Assembly: GCA_965217585.1 (NCBI GenBank)
Contig: OZ244561.1
Span: 4,448,001 to 4,512,000 of the forward strand
DNA: 64,000 nt
From: Candidatus Latescibacterota bacterium
GTDB taxonomy: Bacteria; Latescibacterota; UBA2968; UBA8231
Reading direction: 5' to 3'
Shown here piece by piece: positions 31,704 to 40,888 of this stretch (its first letter is position 1; every line of letters begins with the position of its first letter). The position numbers and the translations under genes are program-made. The notes under the pieces are model-generated. The model did no database searches. It saw nothing but the letters and a program-made list of their open reading frames with translations, and was not told where the DNA came from.

Positions 31704-33857
31704 CTGCAGCAATCGATTCCCAAGACGTACAGGTATTTCCTTGAGCGCCGCAGGGCGGAAGGGGCCGGACCGCAGAAACTGTCCTTCCGGGCGTTCTGGG
31801 TGGGGACCTTTCTGAGCTTTTTCCTGGCCATTGGAGCCCCCTACGGCAATATGGTTATCCGGGGCTCGTACATGGCTCTCGATTTCAGCACACCGGGAGT
31901 CATCTTCCTCTTCCTCTTCCTCATCGGGGTACTCAATCTCTGCTTCAAACTGGCGGCCAGAGGACTTCTCTCCGCCTTGCTTTTCGCCTTTATCCTAATC
32001 GGGGCCTACGCCTATGCCTTCTGGCCCTTCGACGAGCTTGATCCCCATTCTCCTGGCTTGATTTTTGCCACCTTTGTCGTCGTTACGGCGCTGCTCAACG
32101 TCAAGGTGGTGCAAGACGGAGCCAGTTTGGCGCTGAATCGGTCGGAACTCATCCTGGTCTACCTCATGCTACTAATCGTCTCAGCTCTGTGCACTATGGG
32201 GCTGAGCGAGCAACTGCTGCCCATGCTGACCGCCCTTTTCTACTATGCCTCGCCGGAGAACGAGTGGATGGAGAAGCTTTTGCCCCATGTGCCCAAGCAC
32301 CATATCCTGGTCGACGACGGCAACGACAATAGGAGCTTCTACGAGGGCATTTCCCAGGCCGGACACGACATCCCCTTCTCAGCCTGGGTAGAGCCGCTGG
32401 TCTGGTGGGGGATTTTCCTGCTAGCCCTGTACGTAGCCATGGTGTGTACTGCGGTGATCCTGCGACGGCAATGGGTGGAGCGGGAGCGGCTGGCCTATCC
32501 CATTACCCAGGTGCCTCTGGCCATGGTGCGCGGGGAAGATTCCGACCAACTAGTCAACGGCTTTTTCAAGAGCTGGGCTATGTGGGCGGGCTGTTCCATC
32601 CCGTTCATCGTCGGCAGTCTCATCGCTCTGCACCGCTACAATCCCGCCTTCAGCCCCTTTCAACTCACCTGGATCATTCCCTTCTTTCCGCCCCATACCC
32701 TGCAGCTCCACATAACCTTCATGATCTTGGGATTTTCCTACCTGATCAATACCCATGTCGCCGCCGGGATCTGGTTTTTCTACTTGTTGCTCAAGATGGA
32801 GAAGGCCGTTTTGCCGGCCATCGGCTTGCAATCCGAACAACACATTGTCTTTGGCGTGAGCGATTCTCCCTTTCTGGCCTACCAAGGGGTCGGGGCCCTG
32901 CTGACTCTGGTCGTGCTGGGCTTGTGGAGCAGCCGGGAACATCTCAAAAATGTCGTGCTGAAAGCACTTGGCAGGGCACCTCATATCGACGATGGGGACG
33001 AGATCTGCTCCTACCGCAGTGCCGTGATCGGGGGTGCAGGGGGCGTCCTAGTGATGGTGGGCTGGCTGTGGGCCTTGGGGACTCCGTGGTGGATCTCGCT
33101 GGTATTTGTGGTAGTTGCAATGATGATTTTTGTCGGCATTACCCGCGTCGTGGCCGAAGCCGGACTGGCTGCTGTGCGAACTCCTATGATCGCCCCAGAT
33201 CTGCTGATCCAGGGGTTGGGGTCCCAACTGGTGGGCCCGACCGGCGTGTTCAATTTATCCATGGGCTATATGTGGAGCGGCAGTCTCCGGGTATTCGTCA
33301 TGGCCACCTGCGCCAATGGACTAAAGCTGGTCGAGGAGATGGGGCGCCCAAGCCGGCGCTGTGTGTTCTGGAGTATTATCTTGGCTCTGCTAATTGGCAG
33401 TCTGGGCGCGTGCTGGATGATCTTCCACACGGCCTACAAGTACGGTGGAATCAATCTGAATAGCTGGTTCTTTCACGGAGCCCCGTCCGCAGTTTACGAC
33501 AGTGCCTTGAGGAATATGGAGTCCTCTGGGATTGACAGGGTCGGGTTGGGCTTTTGCGTCGGGGGGGGTGCCGCGATGTTCCTGTTGACGTGGCTGCGCC
33601 AGCGCCTGCTCTGGTGGCCGGTGCACCCGCTGGGATTCCCCATCGGGGCCAACAGCATGATGGACTACGTCTGGTTCAGCGTGTTTTTGGCCTGGCTAAT
33701 AAAGAAGCTGGTGCTCAAGTATGGAGGAGCCGGCCACTATGCGCGCAGCCAAGCCTTTTTTCTCGGCTTGATCTCGGGTCAGGCTCTGTGCAACGGCGCA
33801 TGGCTGATTGTCGATTACTTCACCGGAAAGGTGGGCAATGCCATTTTCTGGGTATGA
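31704..33857 (+). CDS. Polytopic membrane protein, DUF6785/DUF6784 (OPT-like putative peptide transporter), second paralog
   Basis: GAPYGNMVIRGSYMALDFS, ILRRQWVERERLAYP, WWPVHPLGF, ends IFWV like its paralog. Start uncertain: CTG 31704 behind AGGAG, or GTG 31800. Confidence 0.8.
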   Translation: MQQSIPKTYRYFLERRRAEGAGPQKLSFRAFWVGTFLSFFLAIGAPYGNMVIRGSYMALDFSTPGVIFLFLFLIGVLNLCFKLAARGLLSALLFAFILIGAYAYAFWPFDELDPHSPGLIFATFVVVTALLNVKVVQDGASLALNRSELILVYLMLLIVSALCTMGLSEQLLPMLTALFYYASPENEWMEKLLPHVPKHHILVDDGNDNRSFYEGISQAGHDIPFSAWVEPLVWWGIFLLALYVAMVCTAVILRRQWVERERLAYPITQVPLAMVRGEDSDQLVNGFFKSWAMWAGCSIPFIVGSLIALHRYNPAFSPFQLTWIIPFFPPHTLQLHITFMILGFSYLINTHVAAGIWFFYLLLKMEKAVLPAIGLQSEQHIVFGVSDSPFLAYQGVGALLTLVVLGLWSSREHLKNVVLKALGRAPHIDDGDEICSYRSAVIGGAGGVLVMVGWLWALGTPWWISLVFVVVAMMIFVGITRVVAEAGLAAVRTPMIAPDLLIQGLGSQLVGPTGVFNLSMGYMWSGSLRVFVMATCANGLKLVEEMGRPSRRCVFWSIILALLIGSLGACWMIFHTAYKYGGINLNSWFFHGAPSAVYDSALRNMESSGIDRVGLGFCVGGGAAMFLLTWLRQRLLWWPVHPLGFPIGANSMMDYVWFSVFLAWLIKKLVLKYGGAGHYARSQAFFLGLISGQALCNGAWLIVDYFTGKVGNAIFWV

Positions 33858-33887
33858 GCCTAGCCATGCGGAATTTTTAGACGGCTC

Positions 33888-35360
33888 TCACAGATCTCGC
33901 TCCAATTCTTCCAAGATGGCCTGGGCTGCGGAATAATCCGGTCTCAACTCGAGAGCTTTTTCCAGGGCCTCCCTGGCGCTGGCATGGTCTTTTTGTTGGG
34001 CCAAGGCCAGGCCCAAGGCATAATAGGCTTCCGCATAGGAAGGATCAATCACCACGGTTTCCCGGAAGCAAGTGGCGGCTTGGCGATAGCGCCGTTGTCC
34101 GGCGTAGGCGAGTCCAAGATAATAATAGGCGTCTCTGTATTCTGGTTTACTAGCTAGGGCCCGGCTAAAGGCGCGGGTGGCTGCTGGCAGGTTTTTGAGG
34201 AGAAGACTGGCGCGGCCCAGGCCGTAGAACGCTTGGGCGGATTCCGGTTCGAGACTCAGAGTCTGCAAATAGGACTGCCGGGCCGCCACAGGATCATCCT
34301 GCATCAAGTAGATATTGCCCAACAGGTTGTGAGGTGCTGGATTTTGTCGATCGAGAGCAATGGCCTGCTGCAGCAGCAAAATGGCCGGGCCGGGCATTTC
34401 TTGCTGCAAGTGCACTTTGCTCAAGGTGAGATAGGCCTCCACAAAAGAGGAATCTATCTGAATGGCCCGACTCAGTGAGGAGGCCGCCAATGCCCATGCC
34501 CCTTGGCTGGCATAGCGTTTCCCCTGGTCGAAGTGCTTTGCCGCATTGTCGAGTTGTTGAAACGTCTTTAGAGCGGACGCTCTTTGCCGAGGTTGTCCGG
34601 CTTTTAGGTAGGCTTGGCTCAAGGTGAAGTGGATACTGGTATTCCTCGGCCCCAGATTCGCACCTTGTTGCAGGATCTCTATGGCTTCCTGATAGCGCCC
34701 CTGCTCGGTGTAGACTTTTCCTAGGCCTAGGTGGGCAGAGACATGCTCTGGGTCCAACTTTAGGACGCGTCTGAAGCTAGTTGCAGCCGAATCCGGTCGG
34801 TTGCTGTACACCAGCAATATGCCGCGATAGTAATGGGCTTGTACATGTCCTCGCTCCAGACGTATGGTCTCCTCATAGGCTTTTCTGGCGCCGTCAAGAT
34901 CGCCACTAGATCTTTTGCTCTCTCCGAGGTGAAAGGAGTATTCGGGCCGTTCGGGTGCCAGTTCAAAGGCCTGCTGAAACCGTTCGACCGCATCGCCATA
35001 GCGGCGCTGGGCATATAGGGCCATACCAAGGGAGAAGAACAGGTCATCGGGATTGGGAAGATGCAGCACATCGGCCTTTTCAAAAGCCGCGATAGCTTCC
35101 GGATAATGTTCCAATTGTGAGTATGCCAAACCCATATTTAAATGAATTTCTGCCGAGTCGGGCAGTATTTCCACGGCTTGGCGGAAGGCTACCAGAGCAC
35201 TGCGGGGACGTCCGTTTTGCAGCAAGCGGACCCCGCGATTATTCAGGCGCTCGCCTTCCTCGATAGAGACCGCCTGCCCACCGGGCCCGTCGGGAGGCTG
35301 TTGCTCCGACGCGCATGCTGCAATTAGGATAAGCGACCACAAGCTGGGGCCACGCCTCAT
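33888..35360 (-). CDS. Tetratricopeptide repeat lipoprotein
   Basis: Lipobox IAAC; over ten TPR units (A.Y.LG.A....Y..A...F..AL.L.P). Confidence 0.9.
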   Translation of the reverse strand: MRRGPSLWSLILIAACASEQQPPDGPGGQAVSIEEGERLNNRGVRLLQNGRPRSALVAFRQAVEILPDSAEIHLNMGLAYSQLEHYPEAIAAFEKADVLHLPNPDDLFFSLGMALYAQRRYGDAVERFQQAFELAPERPEYSFHLGESKRSSGDLDGARKAYEETIRLERGHVQAHYYRGILLVYSNRPDSAATSFRRVLKLDPEHVSAHLGLGKVYTEQGRYQEAIEILQQGANLGPRNTSIHFTLSQAYLKAGQPRQRASALKTFQQLDNAAKHFDQGKRYASQGAWALAASSLSRAIQIDSSFVEAYLTLSKVHLQQEMPGPAILLLQQAIALDRQNPAPHNLLGNIYLMQDDPVAARQSYLQTLSLEPESAQAFYGLGRASLLLKNLPAATRAFSRALASKPEYRDAYYYLGLAYAGQRRYRQAATCFRETVVIDPSYAEAYYALGLALAQQKDHASAREALEKALELRPDYSAAQAILEELERDL

Positions 35361-35483
35361 GACGACCTGCCGAAGAAGGGGGTACGAGAAACGATTTCAC
35401 AACGTGATTTGTGACCGAGAGATGGAGAGGTGAAACCGCTTTAAAAAAATATAGGAAGATCGAGTGCGTTCTGCTAAAATCGC

Positions 35484-35564
35484 GCCGTGGCTGAAGCTCT
35501 GCCAAAACGCCCGCGCCTTTGCCGCCCCAAGCTAGGTTGACGCCTTTCCTGTGCGCGGCCAAAC
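35484..35564 (+). repeat. Right copy of 81-bp direct repeat; degenerate purL 3' end (attR-like)
   Basis: Encodes PWLKLCQNARAFAAPS* versus Pur[17 protein letters not shown]. Confidence 0.93.
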
Positions 35565-35612
35565 TATATCTCCGCTATACTTCACATCAGCCCAATCAAT
35601 CTAGGAGCGTCC

Positions 35613-36596
35613 ATGATCGAACCCATCCGCTGGGGCATCCTCGGCCCGGGTAGCATTGCCCACAAATTTGCCGTCGGCCTCCAGGCCACTTCCGCAGGAG
35701 AGTTAGTCGCCGTTGGCTCGCGCGATCAGCAGCGCGCCGACACCTTTGCCGATCAGTACGGTGCCCCCAATCGCCACGCTTCGTACGAGGCCCTCAGCAC
35801 CGATCCCGATATCGACGCGGTGTACGTGGCCACCCCCCATCCCTTCCACCAAGACAATGCGATTCTCTGCCTCGAAGCCGGCAAGGCCGTGCTCTGCGAG
35901 AAGCCCTTTACCATCAACGCCGCTGAGGCCGAAGCTGTCGTCGCCAGTGCCCGCGCCAACGGCGTCTTTCTGATGGAGGCCATGTGGAGCCGCTACTTGC
36001 CCATTATGGTGCAGGTGCGCGAGTGGCTCGACGCTGGGGCCATCGGCGAGCCGCTGATGGTCAGCGCCGACTTTGGTTTTCGTGCTGGCGTCAATCCCGC
36101 CGGCCGGCTTTTTAACCCCGCTTTGGGCGGCGGTGCCTTGCTCGACATCGGCATCTACGCCGTCTCTTTCGCGGCGATGGTGCTCGGGTCGCAACCAGCC
36201 CAGATCGCCGCGGCCGCGCACCTCGGCGAAACCGGCGTTGACGAGCAGACCGGCATCGTGCTCCGCTATGGCGGTGGTGCCATAGCCAACCTCTCTTGTG
36301 CCATCCGCGCCACGACCCCACACGAGGCTCGCATCGTCGGCAGCGAGGGGACGATTGCCATTGATCCCGCATGGTGGAAGGGTGAAAGCGCTACGCTCAA
36401 AGCCGGGGGCCGCGAAGAGCGCGTCGAGTTGCCCTTGGCAGGCAATGGCTACAACTACGAAGCGCAAGAAGTCGCTCGCTGTCTCGACGAAGGTCTGACT
36501 GAGAGCGCGGTCATGTCGCTCGACGAAACCGTAGCGCTGATGCGGATCCTCGACGAAATCCGCGCCCAAATCGGCCTTAAATACCCAATGGAATGA
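35613..36596 (+). CDS. Gfo/Idh/MocA family oxidoreductase
   Basis: WGILGPGSIA, VYVATPH, VLCEKP, GGGALLDIGIY; AGGAG RBS. Confidence 0.93.
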   Translation: MIEPIRWGILGPGSIAHKFAVGLQATSAGELVAVGSRDQQRADTFADQYGAPNRHASYEALSTDPDIDAVYVATPHPFHQDNAILCLEAGKAVLCEKPFTINAAEAEAVVASARANGVFLMEAMWSRYLPIMVQVREWLDAGAIGEPLMVSADFGFRAGVNPAGRLFNPALGGGALLDIGIYAVSFAAMVLGSQPAQIAAAAHLGETGVDEQTGIVLRYGGGAIANLSCAIRATTPHEARIVGSEGTIAIDPAWWKGESATLKAGGREERVELPLAGNGYNYEAQEVARCLDEGLTESAVMSLDETVALMRILDEIRAQIGLKYPME

Positions 36597-36609
36597 AAGG
36601 AAAGTACTC

Positions 36610-37578
36610 GTGCAATACGGCAACCTACAAGGCATCGAAAAAAAGATCTCGCGCATAGTTCAAGGCTCCATCATGCTCAATCGCAGCCGCAAGGAAGAAG
36701 GCTTTGCCCTGCTCGACGCCGCACGGCAGGCCGGCATCACCGCGTATGACTCGGCCCACGGCTACGGCGGTGGGGAAGTGGATCGCATGCTCGGGCTGTG
36801 GATGGAGGAAAGGGGCAACCGCGATGAAATCGTCATCATTGGCAAGGGTGCCCACCTCAACCAGGATCGCAACCGCGTCACTCCGTACGACATCGCCTCG
36901 GACATGGCCGACTCGCTCGTGCGCCTGCGCTCCGACTACATCGACCTCTACCTGCTACACCGCGACGACCCGGCAGTGCCCGTCGGCCCCATCGTCGAGG
37001 CGCTCAACGAGCATCACGCGGCCGGCCGCATCCACGCTTTCGGCGGCTCGAATTGGACGCCGGAGCGCTTGGCCGAGGCCAATGAATACGCGGATAAACG
37101 CGGGCTCGTGCCTTTTGCCGCCTCCAGTCCGAACTTCAGCTTGGCGGATCAGATCGCCGAGCCGTGGAAGGATTGCCTGTCGATTGCCGGGCCGGGCCAA
37201 GCCGCCGCTCGCGCGTGGTACGCCGAGCACGACATGCCGCTCTTTACTTGGTCGAGCGTAGCGCGCGGCTTTTTCTCAGGCAAAGTTACCCGCGCCAACG
37301 CCGAGCAAGTGCGCGACCAATTCGACGGCACCATGCCCAAATCGTACTACTGCGAAGACAACTTCGAGCGGCTCGACCGGGCGTGGGCACTGGCGGAAGA
37401 AAAGGGGTTGTCGGTACCGCAGGTCGCCTTGTCGTACGTGCGCAGCTATCCGCTCGACATCTACGCTTTGGTCGGCAGCATGAGCGGCGATGAGATCGCG
37501 GCGAACATCCAAGCGCTCGACAACCCGCTCACCGAAGCGGAGATGGCGTGGTTGGATTTGCGGAGCGAGGAGCGCTAA
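36610..37578 (+). CDS. Aldo/keto reductase
   Basis: DSAHGYG, K in IIGKGAH, SLVRLRSDYIDLYLLHRDD, GGSNW. Confidence 0.93.
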   Translation: MQYGNLQGIEKKISRIVQGSIMLNRSRKEEGFALLDAARQAGITAYDSAHGYGGGEVDRMLGLWMEERGNRDEIVIIGKGAHLNQDRNRVTPYDIASDMADSLVRLRSDYIDLYLLHRDDPAVPVGPIVEALNEHHAAGRIHAFGGSNWTPERLAEANEYADKRGLVPFAASSPNFSLADQIAEPWKDCLSIAGPGQAAARAWYAEHDMPLFTWSSVARGFFSGKVTRANAEQVRDQFDGTMPKSYYCEDNFERLDRAWALAEEKGLSVPQVALSYVRSYPLDIYALVGSMSGDEIAANIQALDNPLTEAEMAWLDLRSEER

Positions 37579-39033
37579 ATGCAACCTAATATCGTCGTCC
37601 TAATGTCCGACCAACAGCGGCTCGATACGGTGAGTTGCTATGGGCTTAACGAGGTCTGTCAGACGCCTCACATCGACGCCTTGGCCGCGCGCGGCATTCG
37701 CTTTGACTCGGCGTTCACGCCGACCGCGATCTGCTCGCCGGCCCGTGCTTCCTTTTACACGGGCCTCTATCCGCACAAGCACGGGGTTACGGCCAACGGC
37801 TTGTGCCTGCGCGAGGGCGTGCGCGGGTTAAATCACTATCTGGATGAGGTCGGCTATCGCTGCGGGTACGCCGGCAAGTGGCACGTGGATGAGCAGACCG
37901 GCCCGACGGGCTACGGGTTCACAGGCCAGGACTTCATGGGCTACGCCTTTCCGGGGGGCAACTTGCTTCCCGGCTTGCAGTTCGGGGCCAAGCCGAAGGG
38001 ACACAACCCGTATGCCGATTATCTCAAGGAGCGCGGCTTTGACCCGCCGCCGACGGTCTCGCACCGCTTTGTCGGCACCAACCCCTCGAATCAGGCTCAG
38101 GAGATGTTCGCATTGCACGAGGGGCCGGTCGAGTCGTGCATTGAGTATTTCGTCGCCGAGGAAGCCATGCGCGTCCTCGACGAAGTCGCCACCGATGAGC
38201 AGCCCTTTTTCCTGTGGGCCAACTTTTGGGGGCCGCACAGCCCCTCGCTGGTGCCGGAGCCGTACTTTTCCATGTACGATCCAAAGTCCATTCCCGAACA
38301 TCCTGGGTACGCCGAGACCTTTGAGAAAAAACCCTATCGCCAGCAGTTAATCGAACGGCTGTGGGGTTTGGGTGACTATGGTTGGGAGGGCTTTCAGGAA
38401 ATCGCCGCTCGCTACTTTGGGCATTGCACCTTGATTGACGACATGGTGGGCCGGGTGGTGGCTCACTTGGAACAACTGGGCGTCCTCGACGATACCATTA
38501 TCGTCTATACCGCCGATCACGGTGACTGCCTCGGCGCGCACAAGCTGATCGAGAAGGGCGAGTTCATGTACGACGAGATCTACCGCATCCCGCTCGTCAT
38601 CGCCCATCCCGACTGCGAGGCTCCCGGCACGGCCTGCGACGAGTTCGTCTATTTGCAGGAAATCATGCTTTCGTCGCTCGACGCCGCTGGTCTCGAAGTT
38701 CCTTCCGACCTCGACGGGCAGTCCTTTCTCCCGGCCATTGAGGGACGCCCGTTTGCGAACGGTCGCGAGGAAGTTTACTGCGTGTTCGACCGCCATTTTA
38801 CGGTCGCCAATCAGCGCATGGTCCGTACTCGCACCCATCAGTTCACCTTTAACTCGGGCGACCCAGGTGAGCTGTATGACTTGCAACGCGACCCCTATCA
38901 GCTCGACAACGTGTACGGCGATCCGGCGTACGAGGCTGTGCGCCAAGACCTGATGGGGCGGATGAGCCGCTACATGGAGGAATTGGGCGACCCGTTGCGC
39001 GGGTGGTTTGGACGGATTAAAGGCGCGTATTAA
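37579..39033 (+). CDS. Sulfatase (formylglycine-dependent, Cys-type)
   Basis: PNIVVLMSDQ, CSPARASFYTG, GKWH, ADHG, ELYDL..DP motifs. Confidence 0.93.
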   Translation: MQPNIVVLMSDQQRLDTVSCYGLNEVCQTPHIDALAARGIRFDSAFTPTAICSPARASFYTGLYPHKHGVTANGLCLREGVRGLNHYLDEVGYRCGYAGKWHVDEQTGPTGYGFTGQDFMGYAFPGGNLLPGLQFGAKPKGHNPYADYLKERGFDPPPTVSHRFVGTNPSNQAQEMFALHEGPVESCIEYFVAEEAMRVLDEVATDEQPFFLWANFWGPHSPSLVPEPYFSMYDPKSIPEHPGYAETFEKKPYRQQLIERLWGLGDYGWEGFQEIAARYFGHCTLIDDMVGRVVAHLEQLGVLDDTIIVYTADHGDCLGAHKLIEKGEFMYDEIYRIPLVIAHPDCEAPGTACDEFVYLQEIMLSSLDAAGLEVPSDLDGQSFLPAIEGRPFANGREEVYCVFDRHFTVANQRMVRTRTHQFTFNSGDPGELYDLQRDPYQLDNVYGDPAYEAVRQDLMGRMSRYMEELGDPLRGWFGRIKGAY

Positions 39034-39051
39034 ATTGCTAACTGACGTTAC

Positions 39052-39079
39052 GTAGGGGCGACCGGCCGGTCGCCCCTAC
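39052..39079. repeat. Perfect 28-bp GTAG-type REP palindrome
   Basis: GTAGGGGCGACCGG-CCGGTCGCCCCTAC is its own reverse complement; intergenic. Confidence 0.8.
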
Positions 39080-39105
39080 CACAAACCAACCTGTGGAGGT
39101 GCCAC

Positions 39106-40386
39106 ATGGAAATGTTTCTGACCTTCGCCCTAGTTTTCGCGGTGTTGCTGATCGTGGTGATCGTCATCGTCAGGACGAACCTCTTTATCTGCCAGCCCAA
39201 CGAGGTCATCATTTTCTCGGGCCGCAAACGCCAGACGGCCGATGGGCGTGCGGTGGGCTACCGCGTCATTAAGGGGGGCCGCGCCTTTCGCATCCCGCTC
39301 CTCGAAAAGGTCGATCGCCTCGACTTGCGCACGATTCCCCTCGAAGTATCGATCACCAACGCGTACTCCAAAGGCGGTATCCCGCTGTCGGTGCAAGGCA
39401 TCGCCAATATCAAAATTGCCGGCGACGAGCCGCTGCTCGGCAACGCGCTGGAGCGATTCCTAGGCATCGCGCTCGCCGAAGTCCAGGACATTGCCAAAGA
39501 TACGCTCGAAGGCAACCTGCGCGGCGTCCTCGCTACGCTGACCCCCGAAGAAGTCAACGAGGATCGCCTCAAATTCGCCGGATCGCTCATCGACGAGGCC
39601 GACGTCGATCTGCAGAAGCTGGGCCTAGTACTCGACACGCTCAAAATCCAGAATGTCACCGACGAGGTCGGCTATCTCGACGCTATCGGCCGCCGGAGCA
39701 CCGCCTCGGTCCTCAAAGAGGCGGAAGTCGCCGAGGCCGAAAACCGCGCCGAATCACAGGAGAAATCCGCCGAGGCCCGCCGTCGCGGCGAAGTCGCCGA
39801 CGCCGACGCCCAAGTCCAGATCGTCGATGCCCAAAGCCTGCTCCGAGTCCGCAAGGCCGAGCTTGAAGGCGAGGGCTTGGCCGCGGAGAAGCGCGCCACG
39901 CAGATTGCCCGCAAAGCCGAAGTCCAGGCCGAGCAGCAGGTTGAGCAGGAGCGCCTAGCGCTGCAAAAGCGCCGGCTCGAAATCGAAGTCATTGAGCCGG
40001 CCCGCGCCGATCGCGACGCTGCCGAATTGCGCGCCAAGGGCGAGGCGGCCAACATTCTCGAAAACGGCCTCGCCGAGATCGAGGTCCTCAAACAGAAGAA
40101 CGAGGTCTGGACCATCGCTGGCTCCAATGGCAAGGAGCTGTTGTTGATCCAGATGCTGCCGAACTTGGTCGAGCAAATCACTGCCATGGCCAAGGACATC
40201 AAGATTGACCACCTCGCCGTCGTCGATTCTGGCAACGGCGGTCAGAGCGGCCTGCCGGCGGTCGTCAGCCAGATCGGGGGGCTAGCCCCTGCGCTCTTCG
40301 AGAGCATCAAGGCCACCACCGGCGTCGATCTGGCCTCGGTCATCGGCGACAAGGCCGACGGCCAGGCCCCGACGCAGGAAGGGTAG
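39106..40386 (+). CDS. Flotillin / SPFH domain protein
   Basis: N-terminal TM helix, PNEVIIFSGR, LEGNLRGVLATLTPEEVN.DR, AEA-rich coiled coil; GGAGG RBS. Confidence 0.92.
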   Translation: MEMFLTFALVFAVLLIVVIVIVRTNLFICQPNEVIIFSGRKRQTADGRAVGYRVIKGGRAFRIPLLEKVDRLDLRTIPLEVSITNAYSKGGIPLSVQGIANIKIAGDEPLLGNALERFLGIALAEVQDIAKDTLEGNLRGVLATLTPEEVNEDRLKFAGSLIDEADVDLQKLGLVLDTLKIQNVTDEVGYLDAIGRRSTASVLKEAEVAEAENRAESQEKSAEARRRGEVADADAQVQIVDAQSLLRVRKAELEGEGLAAEKRATQIARKAEVQAEQQVEQERLALQKRRLEIEVIEPARADRDAAELRAKGEAANILENGLAEIEVLKQKNEVWTIAGSNGKELLLIQMLPNLVEQITAMAKDIKIDHLAVVDSGNGGQSGLPAVVSQIGGLAPALFESIKATTGVDLASVIGDKADGQAPTQEG

Positions 40387-40387
40387 C

Positions 40388-40888
40388 GTGGATCCCTTCT
40401 ATCTGTACTTGAGCGGGCTGATCGTCGGAGGGATCGCCGTTGGGGCCTCGCTGTTTGGAGGCGACGGTGATGGCGTGGGCGACGGCCTACGGGTGCTGGC
40501 CTTTTTGCGGCTGCGGCTGTTCTTCTTTTTTGCCTTCTTCTTTGGTTTGGCCGGGATGCTTGGCAGCCTGCTGATGGGTCCGGGCGGTGCGTTTTTTACG
40601 GCGCTGGGTACCGGTGTAGTCTGTTCCTTTTTGGGCGACTGGATGCTGAGCCGGTTGAGCGGATCAAGCGCCGACAGTTCGCTGGAAGGTGACGACTTGA
40701 TCGGTCTCGAAGCCGAAGTCACCGTTCCCATCGCTAAGGGCAGCACCGGCAAGATTTCCGCTACCGTCCAAGGCCGCACCATCGAACTGTTGGCGCGTCA
40801 GGCCCATGCTCAAGGCCCCCTCAACCCCGGCGACCGCGTGCTGGTCCTCGAAGTCCACGATGGCGTCGCGGTCGTCGATCCGAGCTAG
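40388..40888 (+). CDS. NfeD-like membrane protein (flotillin partner)
   Basis: Three hydrophobic helices plus C-terminal OB-like LIGLEAEVTVPI..G.TGKI..G..GDRVLV. Confidence 0.85.
   Translation: MDPFYLYLSGLIVGGIAVGASLFGGDGDGVGDGLRVLAFLRLRLFFFFAFFFGLAGMLGSLLMGPGGAFFTALGTGVVCSFLGDWMLSRLSGSSADSSLEGDDLIGLEAEVTVPIAKGSTGKISATVQGRTIELLARQAHAQGPLNPGDRVLVLEVHDGVAVVDPS

Larger units (their letters stand above)
9571..35483. mobile_element. Putative ~26 kb genomic island inserted at the purL 3' end (no integrase visible)
   Basis: Flanked by direct repeats 9490-9570 and 35484-35564; accessory gene content; the last island gene's stop lies 3 nt from the left repeat. Confidence 0.7.

Noticed and set aside
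35703-36656. 317-aa minus-strand ORF (also 62925..63977, 8384..9235, 32405..33463, 58604..59458)
   Set aside because: These overlap confidently identified genes in antisense or alternate frames and have no recognisable domains.
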